Source of the DNA: Phycisphaerae bacterium
Lineage (GTDB): Bacteria; Planctomycetota; Phycisphaerae; UBA1845; Fen-1342
DNA: 64,000 nt
Assembly (NCBI GenBank): GCA_963666925.2
Contig: CAXXTC010000001.1
Coordinates: 1-64,000, forward strand
Reading direction: 5' to 3'
Of this stretch, positions 50,872 to 59,401 are shown one piece after another; the stretch's first letter is position 1, and each line of letters opens with the position of its first letter. Made by a program: the position numbers and the translations under genes. The notes beneath the pieces are model-generated. The model was not told the DNA's origin, did not search any database, and worked only from the letters and a program-made list of their open reading frames with translations.

Positions 50872-53199
50872 ATGTGTAACACGACGGTTCCCCGCGGGTT
50901 GGTCCGCGATGCTGCCCGCGCTCTGGCAGGATTGCTGGTCTGTTGCTGCGTCGCCGGCTTGTCGGCCGCAACAATCAGCGGCAAGGTGTTCCTGGACCAG
51001 GGCGGCGATGGCCAGAGCACCGGCGACCCCGGACGCGGCGGCGTCACGGTCACGCTCTACGACGCGTCCGACGACGCCACGCTCGACTCGACTACCACCG
51101 ATGGCACCGGGGCCTACTCCTTCGCGACGCTGGGCGAGGGCGACTATTACCTCATTTTCACACCGCCCACGGGCAGGATCTTCACCCTGATGGACCAGGG
51201 CGACGACGATTCGATCGACAGCGATGTCGATGCCGATGGCCAGACCGACGACATCACCATCACCGACAACCTCGACGACCAGGAAAACGTCGATTGCGGG
51301 CTGGTGACGCCGGCCGCGGTCGGCGATTTCGTGTTCCGTGACGCCAACGCCGACGGCATTCAGGATGAGGACGAGGTCGGCGTGTCAGGCGTGACAGTTC
51401 GGCTGCTCGTGTACGGCACGGGCGAACTCGCCGACTCCGCCACTACCGACGACGACGGCGCGTACTCGATCGATACGGTCCAGGCGGGCGACTACATCCT
51501 CGAAATGGTCGTGCCTTCCGGCTACCAGGTCAGCCCCAAGGACCAGGGTGACGATGACACGGCCGACAGTGACCTGAACCCCGCCACCGCTCGCAGCGAC
51601 GCGTTTACCGTTACCGTGGGCAATGGCGGCGACGACTACAACACCGATATCGACGCGGGCCTGACGCCAATGAGCGCCGTGGGCGATTATGTTTGGCTGG
51701 ACGACAACGGCAACGGTCTCCAGGACGACGATGAGACCGGCCAAGCCGACGTGACGGTCAATCTGTACGCGGCCGACGACACGCTGATCAGCCAGACTGA
51801 GACTGACAGTGCCGGAGCCTATGCGTTTACCAACCTCGATCCGGGCGATTACTACATCGAAGTCATCGCGCCGGACGACTACAGCTTCGCGCCGCAGGAC
51901 CAGGGTGATGACGACGATGTGGACAGCGATGCCGATGCCATCACCGGGCGGACCGACACCTTCGCGCTCGCGATCGGCGACGAATTGACGAATGTAGACG
52001 TTGGCCTGTTGGAGTACGCCAGCGTCAGCGGGCGAATGTTCCTAGACAAGAACGGCGATGGCGTATTCGACGAGGACGAGGATGATGACCTCGCTTCCGA
52101 TGCCACCATCGAGCTGTTCAGCGTTGGCGAAGACGAAGTGGCCGACGCCGGCGGGGGGGATGACCTTTCGCACAGCACTATTGCCGCCACCGGCACGTAC
52201 GAGTTCTCCGACATTCTGCCGGGCGAGTACTACATTCAGGTTACCGCCCCGACCAACCTGAGCTTCTCGCCGATGGACCAGGGCTCGGACGACATGATCG
52301 ACAGCGACATTGACCAGGAGACCGGGTGTAGCGTTTCGTTCACGCTGCGGTCGGGCACGGTCATCGAGAATACTGACGCCGGCATGGCCCGGTTCATGAC
52401 CATCGGTGATCGGGTCTGGGATGATGCCGACTGGGACGGCATCCAGGACGCCGGGGAGGCTGGAGTGCCGAACGTCAGCGTCTCTTTATATAACACCGGC
52501 GACAACGGGGCGGCGGGCGATGCTGACGATGAGCTGATCGACAGCACCACGACGGACAGCAGCGGGGCATACGCGTTCAGCGTGGTGGCGGGTGATTATC
52601 ACCTCGAATTCGAGTTCGATGGCACCGGGACGTTCACAATGCAGGACGCGGGGAGTTCCGACGCGGCCGATTCTGATGTCGACCCCGATACGGGACAAAC
52701 CGGCGTCTTCACGGTCGTGGCGGGCCGCGATGACCTCACCCGGGACGCTGGCCTGGTACCCGACACCGATGGCGATGGCACGCCCGACTCCATCGACCAG
52801 TGTCCGGATGATCCCAACAAGATGTTGGTCGGCGTCTGTGGCTGCGGCGAGGCGGACAGCGACACCGACGCGGACGGCATTGCCGACTGTATTGATAATT
52901 GCGACACACTTTTCAATCCGGATCAGGCGGATGAGGATGGCGACGGCCTGGGGAACCTCTGCGACGCGGACTATGGCATGATCATCGACCCCGGTACGGG
53001 CACGCCTGATCAGTCCGATAATGGCCAAGCCAGCGCCGACGTCCCGAGTGGAACCGACGATACAACCGGTGGCGACGTCACGAACGAGGCAGAGAACCTG
53101 GTGCGGACCTGCGGCGTGTGTGGCCCGCTGGGCATGGTGAGCTACTCGGCCTTCGTGCTTGGTTATGGGACGCTGGTAATGGGTCGTCGGCGACGTTAG
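50872..53199 (+). CDS. Acidic surface protein: 5 SdrD B-like domains, thrombospondin type-3 repeats, C-terminal membrane anchor
   Basis: Signal peptide; repeated (GD/SG)xV(W/F)xDxNxDG..DSD..D(A/V/C)G units; DTDGDGTPD..DQCP and DNC..NPDQAD; tail CGVCG-hydrophobic-RRRR. Confidence 0.88.
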   Translation: MCNTTVPRGLVRDAARALAGLLVCCCVAGLSAATISGKVFLDQGGDGQSTGDPGRGGVTVTLYDASDDATLDSTTTDGTGAYSFATLGEGDYYLIFTPPTGRIFTLMDQGDDDSIDSDVDADGQTDDITITDNLDDQENVDCGLVTPAAVGDFVFRDANADGIQDEDEVGVSGVTVRLLVYGTGELADSATTDDDGAYSIDTVQAGDYILEMVVPSGYQVSPKDQGDDDTADSDLNPATARSDAFTVTVGNGGDDYNTDIDAGLTPMSAVGDYVWLDDNGNGLQDDDETGQADVTVNLYAADDTLISQTETDSAGAYAFTNLDPGDYYIEVIAPDDYSFAPQDQGDDDDVDSDADAITGRTDTFALAIGDELTNVDVGLLEYASVSGRMFLDKNGDGVFDEDEDDDLASDATIELFSVGEDEVADAGGGDDLSHSTIAATGTYEFSDILPGEYYIQVTAPTNLSFSPMDQGSDDMIDSDIDQETGCSVSFTLRSGTVIENTDAGMARFMTIGDRVWDDADWDGIQDAGEAGVPNVSVSLYNTGDNGAAGDADDELIDSTTTDSSGAYAFSVVAGDYHLEFEFDGTGTFTMQDAGSSDAADSDVDPDTGQTGVFTVVAGRDDLTRDAGLVPDTDGDGTPDSIDQCPDDPNKMLVGVCGCGEADSDTDADGIADCIDNCDTLFNPDQADEDGDGLGNLCDADYGMIIDPGTGTPDQSDNGQASADVPSGTDDTTGGDVTNEAENLVRTCGVCGPLGMVSYSAFVLGYGTLVMGRRRR

Positions 53200-53274
53200 C
53201 TCGTTATTACAAACAGTTTACATCGCTGGGGTGGGGAGAGGTCGACTCGCGGGGGACGCTTCAACTACACGCAT

Positions 53275-53316
53275 AAAAAAAGGGCCCCGGGATACTTGGC
53301 AGCATCTCGGGGACCC
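53275..53316 (-). terminator. Intrinsic terminator of the PilZ operon or of an sRNA
   Basis: GGGTCCCCGAGATGC...GTATCCCGGGGCCC followed by T7. Confidence 0.8.
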
Positions 53317-53456
53317 ATGCGCTGGGATGGGCTTTTGAAGCGTTCCGATAGTTCAAACAACCCACCAGCACCAAAGTAGCGGGATGTCTCAGATTTTTAT
53401 TGGTTCTCGACGAGAAAGTGAGAACTACAAGCCCGGCAACGTCATGCTACTGTTTT

Positions 53457-54254
53457 TCAGGAACGAAACCGGGGTTTGCCGTCCCGGCGTTCCTCTGCCA
53501 GGCTGAGCCTGTGTAGCTTCTGCACCGCGCTTGCCAGGCGTTGCAGGACCACACGCCCGTCGACGGTGACTTCCAGGCCGATGAACTGGACGGCAGTGCC
53601 CAGGTCCTCACCCTCGTCGTGACGCGTTCCGCGATAGCGGGCATCGAGTTGGATAGGTGTTCGGCCGTCGGGTAGTTGCAGCTCCAATCCCAGCAGCTCG
53701 TCATCGACCCATTCGGGCGGGCTGACGGTGTGTAGCCGAACCATGGCTCCACCGCAGGAAACATCTGCCAAGCTGCCGGTGATCACCTGGCAGGCGTCGG
53801 ACTGGGCCGCGACGCGGGCGGTGACGCCGCCCTTCCAGAGGCTGACCACGAGGTTCATGCCGTCCGGGACGGGGGTGCGGTAATAAGCTCGGCGTTGGAG
53901 TTCGGTCATGCTGTTGGGCCAGCGATAGCGGACCGCGGGGATGGTGGTTTGGTCGTCGAGGCAGAAATGTCCCCGGGCCTCGACGACGGTGGAGAAGAGG
54001 ATCTTGCGATTCTTCTGCCGGAAGCTGATACCCAGGTATTGTCCGGGTGAGACGTCCGGGAGGGTTTCGTTGGTGGGTGCCTGATAGTCGAGCACGAAGA
54101 AGCGGCCCTTGTGGTCGCGTTCGAGGAAGCGCGACTTGAAGGTCAGCCAGTCGTTGCCCTGTTGGAAAGTCAGGACGGCGAGGGCCCGTTCCTGCACTGC
54201 CAAGTCGAAGATCTGGGCGGTATCGCGCGCTGCCAGGAGTCGTCTTGGTTTCAT
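53457..54254 (-). CDS. YcgR-like PilZ-domain protein
   Basis: QRRAYYR and DVSCGG motifs after an N-terminal PilZN-like region. Confidence 0.88.
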   Translation of the reverse strand: MKPRRLLAARDTAQIFDLAVQERALAVLTFQQGNDWLTFKSRFLERDHKGRFFVLDYQAPTNETLPDVSPGQYLGISFRQKNRKILFSTVVEARGHFCLDDQTTIPAVRYRWPNSMTELQRRAYYRTPVPDGMNLVVSLWKGGVTARVAAQSDACQVITGSLADVSCGGAMVRLHTVSPPEWVDDELLGLELQLPDGRTPIQLDARYRGTRHDEGEDLGTAVQFIGLEVTVDGRVVLQRLASAVQKLHRLSLAEERRDGKPRFRS

Positions 54255-54973
54255 AGGTCACCGTTCATGCCGGTAAGGCGGGCGGATTCGCTGAGCAAAG
54301 CGGCCCGCAGCCGTTCCAGGACCGGAGCGGTCGATCCGTCTGGAGAGTCAGTGAATTCAACGCCGACGTGGAGCGTGCTCTCGTCAGGTCCGGGGGATTT
54401 GACGCACACGAAGGCTGGCAGGCTGAACACGCCGGTGGTCCAGGGCAGGGCGAACTCCACGTGTACGGGGTCGCCGATGAAGAGGATGTCGTCGAGGGGC
54501 TTGCGGGCGATACGCATACGCAGGCCGCCGTGACCGAGATCCGCCAGGTTGGCGACGAAGGGTTCGTTCGTGGCATGCAGGCTGATCCGAACCGGGATGG
54601 GTTCGGTGGGCGTCTGGCGGACGAAGCAGCGTCGGTTGGCGACCTGGATGAGTTCCGGGACTGCCAGGCAGAGACGCGTGGGGACGCCGCCTTCGTCAGC
54701 GTCGACGATGAAAGTTGAGAATAGGTAGAGCTGCTCGGAGAGGATGGTGCGCACGTCGGCCATGGCGCCGACCAGCGCGCCGAGTGGCCCGGCGTGGCCG
54801 CGATCATACAGGTCGATTCTCAGGACGTCGTTTTCGCGGCCCTTGAGCGTCCCCCACAGCAGGGCGTCAAACTGATCGGGTCGCGGCTCTATTTCGAGCC
54901 GGGCTTCCGATTGAAGCGCCTGCGCGATGACGCGTGCGGCCTGTCTGTCGTTCAAATCCAACGCTACCAACAT
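54251..54973 (-). CDS. PilZ-domain protein
   Basis: NRRCFVR, DLGHGG, VGVEF. Confidence 0.82.
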   Translation of the reverse strand: MLVALDLNDRQAARVIAQALQSEARLEIEPRPDQFDALLWGTLKGRENDVLRIDLYDRGHAGPLGALVGAMADVRTILSEQLYLFSTFIVDADEGGVPTRLCLAVPELIQVANRRCFVRQTPTEPIPVRISLHATNEPFVANLADLGHGGLRMRIARKPLDDILFIGDPVHVEFALPWTTGVFSLPAFVCVKSPGPDESTLHVGVEFTDSPDGSTAPVLERLRAALLSESARLTGMNGDL

Positions 54974-54975
54974 GA

Positions 54976-55731
54976 TCAGGCACCTCCGGTCGCGATGGCA
55001 ATGGCGTGGCTGAGCTGCGCCTGCTCACGTCGCGCGACGAACTGCTCGACGCGGATCAGGCAGGCGGCGTGGCGATCGGCGTCCTCGCCCGGGCAGAACT
55101 GGCAGCCGACGATTTTGCTGTGGCTCTCATCAATCTGGTGGTCGTGCACCACACGCAGCACGAAGTCGATGCGTCCGCCGTCACCGGGGAGCGTCAGATC
55201 GATCCAGTACAGTTCACCGCGTCGCACCTTGGCGGCGTCGCGAGGAGCGACCACGGCACCCAGCCCGCCGGCGGAAATATTGGTCATCCGGGCTTCACAG
55301 GATCCCGCCCGATCAACGGTACTGGTGAAGCGCACCGGCAGCGTGTGGCTCCCGTCCAGGGACACGCGGTAGTGGGCACGCTGTTGTTCGCGCTGCACGT
55401 TGAGCGGCAACGTGAGCTGCCAGGCTTCGCGCTGCGCCGAGCGTACTGCGTCCCAGAGCACCCGCCCGATCGAACGGGCACGGGCGCTGAATGTTTCGCC
55501 GGCGTGTTCGAAGAGCATCTCCACCGGCTCGTCTTCGACGACGCGGTCGGCGCTGCCGTCGCTGGGCCAGGCCAGCACCACGCCCCCGTTTGCCAGCGCC
55601 ACGAAGCGCGTGTGGATTGGCGTGCCCCCGCCCGCCTGCGGACGGACGACCCGGGCCTGTTGCCGGCCGTCGGCGACGGTCTGTAGCAATTCCAGTTGCG
55701 AGCGGCGACGAGTCAAATTCAAAAAGTCCAT
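54976..55731 (-). CDS. YcgR-like PilZ-domain protein
   Basis: QQRAHYR, NISAGG, VGCQF. Confidence 0.85.
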   Translation of the reverse strand: MDFLNLTRRRSQLELLQTVADGRQQARVVRPQAGGGTPIHTRFVALANGGVVLAWPSDGSADRVVEDEPVEMLFEHAGETFSARARSIGRVLWDAVRSAQREAWQLTLPLNVQREQQRAHYRVSLDGSHTLPVRFTSTVDRAGSCEARMTNISAGGLGAVVAPRDAAKVRRGELYWIDLTLPGDGGRIDFVLRVVHDHQIDESHSKIVGCQFCPGEDADRHAACLIRVEQFVARREQAQLSHAIAIATGGA

Positions 55732-55864
55732 GGACTTTCCTTAGACGGCGTTATGGCCGGGGTTTGCTTCGACCGCACATCGGCGTGACTTGATTGCGGG
55801 CCGACACTTGCGAGGCGGGACGTTACGTTCCAGGACGTAGCGCCACCGGGGGGACGCGCGGTGT

Positions 55865-55891
55865 GTATCGGAAGCGCGGGCGCCGTCCTGA
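55865..55891 (-). promoter_or_regulatory. Possible sigma28 promoter of the PilZ operon
   Basis: TCAGG-N14-TCCGATAC; other CCGAT boxes lie nearby (55777-55784). Confidence 0.3.
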
Positions 55892-56176
55892 AAGAACGCG
55901 GCCTATTCGCTTGTCGCAAGGATTGCGCGGCAGGCTATCGGAACCCCGGCGGCGCAGCGGTCGGCCGGCACGCCTAATTGATCGCCAGGCCCCGATAGCA
56001 ATGGCCTGAGATGACCGGCAAATTACGCAATATAAATTCCGGCCGAGACCTGTCACGAACGGTTCCAGCGCTCATAATCCACTCGTGGAAGCGTGGCTTC
56101 AGTACGCCGGTGCGGCACGGCCAGGGGGTGAAATCAGCGCCAGTGGCGTCACCCGCGGGCCGGTGTGGAGCGGACT

Positions 56177-56656
56177 ATGCGGATTGGCGTGATTTCGGAC
56201 ACTCATGATCGCCTACCGACGCTGCGCCGGGCCCTGGAGCTGTTCCAACAGGCCGGCGTGGACACACTGCTGCATCCGGGAGATATCGTCGCACCATTCG
56301 CGGCCCGCGTGCTGGCGGAGTTCGCCGGGACGGTGCACGTGATCTACGGGAACAACGACGGCGAGCGGAGCGGGCTGCGCGGGGTTCTGCCGCAGATTGT
56401 GGACGGTCCGCTGGTGGTGGAACTGGCCAAGCGGCGGGTCTTGCTGCATCATGCTCTGGAGTGGTGTCGCCCGGAGGATATCGAGCAGGCCGACATGATC
56501 GTTACCGGGCACACGCACGCGGAGCAGATCGAAAAACGCGACGGCCGGCTGTTTGTGAACCCCGGAGAGTGCTGCGGGTGGGTTACCGGTCGTGCAACGG
56601 TGGCGTTGGTCGATCTGCCCGCCAACGAGGCTGAGCTCATCGAGGTGCCTACATGA
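56177..56656 (+). CDS. YfcE/MJ0936-family metallophosphoesterase
   Basis: ISDTHD, HPGD, GNND, GHTH, NPGE. Confidence 0.92.
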   Translation: MRIGVISDTHDRLPTLRRALELFQQAGVDTLLHPGDIVAPFAARVLAEFAGTVHVIYGNNDGERSGLRGVLPQIVDGPLVVELAKRRVLLHHALEWCRPEDIEQADMIVTGHTHAEQIEKRDGRLFVNPGECCGWVTGRATVALVDLPANEAELIEVPT

Positions 56657-57072
56657 CCAGAACCGTCGGCATGCTGCCGCTGCTTGTTGGTGTGATGATC
56701 CTGGCGGGTGTGGCCGGGTGTGTCGAACGCACGGTGCGCGTGGAGACGGACCCGCCCGGTGCCCTGGTGATCATCAACGATGAGGAAGTGGGTGTCAGCC
56801 CGGCGAAGTTCACGTTTCTCTGGTACGGCGACTATGACGTGATCGTGCGCAAGCAGGGCTATCAGACGTTGAAGACGCATCAGCGTGTGGACGCGCCGTG
56901 GTACGAGTGGCCGGGAATCGACCTGGTATCCGAGTGCCTCGTGCCCGGGACGATCAAGGATACGCATGTGTGGGGGCCGTTCAAGCTGGAGCCGACCGAC
57001 GCGCCGGCGGCCACGGACGTGGTCTCGCGGGCGACGGAGCTGCGCGAACGGACGCTGTACAGCGGAGATTGA
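56653..57072 (+). CDS. PEGA-domain lipoprotein
   Basis: Lipobox VAGC; VETDPPGALV..N..EVGVSP..KQGY. Confidence 0.85.
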   Translation: MTRTVGMLPLLVGVMILAGVAGCVERTVRVETDPPGALVIINDEEVGVSPAKFTFLWYGDYDVIVRKQGYQTLKTHQRVDAPWYEWPGIDLVSECLVPGTIKDTHVWGPFKLEPTDAPAATDVVSRATELRERTLYSGD

Positions 57073-57096
57073 GTCGGTTTCGCAGCGTGGTGGGGT

Positions 57097-57531
57097 TTAC
57101 GGATTTTTCGGTGCTGATCCGCATTCCGGGCAGCGCCCGGTGGTGTTGCCGGTGAGGTCATAGCCGCAGCGCATACAGCGCCCGGGCGGATAGGGTCGGA
57201 TAGGCAGCCAGCCCCAGGCGGTGAGGGCGGCCAGGAGCGTCAGGGGAATCCAGAGAGGGAGGCAAAATCCCCAATTGCGGGCCCAGGGTTTCCAGTGCAG
57301 TGGCGTGCTGTGGCGAAAGGTGCGAAAACCGCGTTGGGGCGGGCCGTTCCAGCGGATGGTGGATTTCCAGTAGGCGCCGATGGCGCCGGCGCGGAGGTCG
57401 ATGATGATCTTGTCGCTGGGTGCGATCCACTCGCAGGCGTGTTCGCGGGAATACCAGAACGCGGCTCCGAATAGTGCGATCAGGATCGGGCCGATCCAAC
57501 GCCCCCGCCGTCGCCAGCGTCCGCGTGTCAT
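57097..57531 (-). CDS. Membrane protein with C-terminal Zn ribbon
   Basis: Two hydrophobic segments, LPLWIP, CMRCGYDLTGNTTGRCPECG. Confidence 0.8.
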   Translation of the reverse strand: MTRGRWRRRGRWIGPILIALFGAAFWYSREHACEWIAPSDKIIIDLRAGAIGAYWKSTIRWNGPPQRGFRTFRHSTPLHWKPWARNWGFCLPLWIPLTLLAALTAWGWLPIRPYPPGRCMRCGYDLTGNTTGRCPECGSAPKNP

Positions 57532-57597
57532 GGGTGCATGATAGACGTTTGAGTTGGCGGTGTGCGTAGCAAGTTGTCGGCTGGCTGGCAGCGATGA

Positions 57598-58242
57598 TCA
57601 GGGCGTGGTAGGCCGCAGATCGAAGAAGCGGTGCCAGGTCATTTCGGGGACGCGCCAGGTGCGTTGGAGAGTCCAGCCGGCGTCGACCAAGGCGGCGCGA
57701 ATACGCCGCAACGGATAGCCGGGATAGCCGATTTCCCAATGATGTCTGGGCTGAATGACGTGGGCGTCGCGTGTGAGCCAGCGGGGGAGGCTGCCGACGA
57801 GTTCGCGGCGACCGAGCAGCGGAAGCTGCACCCGCACGGCCAGGCACCAGGTGCGGTCCGGCAGGCTGAGGACCAGGCCGCGGCAAGTGACGCGGCGCAG
57901 CTCGCGCAGTGCGCTGGCGAATTGATCGAATGGCAGATGTTCGAGCACCTGGCAGCAGAGCGAAACATCAAACTCTCGATCGGCAGCGGGGATCTGCGTG
58001 ACACTGCCGACGAGGTCGGGTTTCAGAGAGGGCTCGATATCGAGCGTCGTCACCTGGATGTTCAGTTGTTGAAGCACGGCTGCGACTACGCCGGTGCCCA
58101 CGCCGACCTCAATTACGCTGGTGGGCTGGTGGTGCAGGACCGTGCGGATCTGGTGCGCGAAGCTGAAGGCGCGCGCATCGCCGACGTATTGGCGGCCGAA
58201 CCGCGACGTGGCGGGGGCTGAAGGGTCGTTGTCGGTACTCAC
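57598..58242 (-). CDS. Class I SAM-dependent methyltransferase (type 11-like)
   Basis: VIEVGVGTG, FDVSLCCQVLEHLP, HHWEIG; GTG start after AGGA. Confidence 0.85.
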   Translation of the reverse strand: MSTDNDPSAPATSRFGRQYVGDARAFSFAHQIRTVLHHQPTSVIEVGVGTGVVAAVLQQLNIQVTTLDIEPSLKPDLVGSVTQIPAADREFDVSLCCQVLEHLPFDQFASALRELRRVTCRGLVLSLPDRTWCLAVRVQLPLLGRRELVGSLPRWLTRDAHVIQPRHHWEIGYPGYPLRRIRAALVDAGWTLQRTWRVPEMTWHRFFDLRPTTP

Positions 58243-58588
58243 GTGGGCTGTTCCTGGTCGGTGTATCGAGAAGATCGCTGTTTGGCACACGCGGCGCGGG
58301 TAGCTGGGATCGCAGCGCTTGTCCCGTTGTTGCGTGCGGCGAGTCGCTACGATAACCAGAGCCGAGCGCCGCTGCCAACCGCAGGAATGATTGGTTGGGG
58401 GGTGCCCTCGGCATGCGCGGAGATGGTGATCGAACGAGTTTTATGCAAGTGGCGGCAAACCTCGGAGGCCGGCAAGGGCGATATATCCGGACGAACGGTT
58501 GGCCGGCTTGGCTGGCGGGTTGCGGCGGCTGGGGGCATTGTCTATGTTTGGTGGGGTAACGCGTAACTTAGTGATACGGACGATTGTC

Positions 58589-59395
58589 ATGCTCTTCCCA
58601 ACTCTGCGAAGACGTTTGCGGATCAGGCTCAATGGCTGGTTCGGCCCGCTGCCCCGGCCGGAGAAATGGGTGTTCATCGTCGGCAACACTAACTCGGGCA
58701 CGACGCTGTTGCACGCTTTGCTGGGAACCCACCCGGACGTTGGCAGCATGCCGGAGGAAGGGATGTACCTGAGCACCCAACTGGTCACGCCGCAGGATGT
58801 CAATCTGTCGCGGCTCTGGGCGCTGCACCCCGAGATCTTCGCGATGGATGCATCGAGCGACCGCGGGGTCAACCTGCGTGTCCTCAAGCGGCAGTGGGGC
58901 GCGGCGATGAATCGGCCGCATGCGCCGGTGCTGCTGGAGAAGTCACCGCCGAACGCGGTCCGCTTGATGTGGCTGGCGGACCGCTTCGAGAACCCATATT
59001 TCGTCGGCATGCTCCGCAACGGCTACTGCGTGGTCGAGGGCATTCATCGCAAGGCGTCGCAGCCGATCGACCTGGCCGCCCGGCAGTGGGTCGCGGTCAA
59101 CGAGGTCATGGAGCGCGATTTCGCGAAGCTGCCGCGCACTCACATGGTGCGCTACGAGGAGTTTGCGGCGAACCCCGCGGCCACGTTGCGCAGCGTAGCG
59201 GAGTTCGTCGGTCTGGATCCGGAGCGCTTCCCGTCGGTCGAAGGTTCCTGGAAGATCCATGAGCGAAACGCCCCGGTTGGCAACATGAACGCCGGCTCGC
59301 TGGCGCGGCTCACGCCGGAGCAGCGGGAAACCATCCGTTCTATTGCCGGGCCCATGCTCGACCGTTTTGGCTATACCGACTCAACCGGAGGATGA
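58589..59395 (+). CDS. Sulfotransferase family protein
   Basis: FIVGNTNSGTTLL...HP, LEKSPPN, RNG, VRYEEF..NP. Start uncertain. Confidence 0.88.
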   Translation: MLFPTLRRRLRIRLNGWFGPLPRPEKWVFIVGNTNSGTTLLHALLGTHPDVGSMPEEGMYLSTQLVTPQDVNLSRLWALHPEIFAMDASSDRGVNLRVLKRQWGAAMNRPHAPVLLEKSPPNAVRLMWLADRFENPYFVGMLRNGYCVVEGIHRKASQPIDLAARQWVAVNEVMERDFAKLPRTHMVRYEEFAANPAATLRSVAEFVGLDPERFPSVEGSWKIHERNAPVGNMNAGSLARLTPEQRETIRSIAGPMLDRFGYTDSTGG

Positions 59396-59401
59396 CCGCG
59401 C

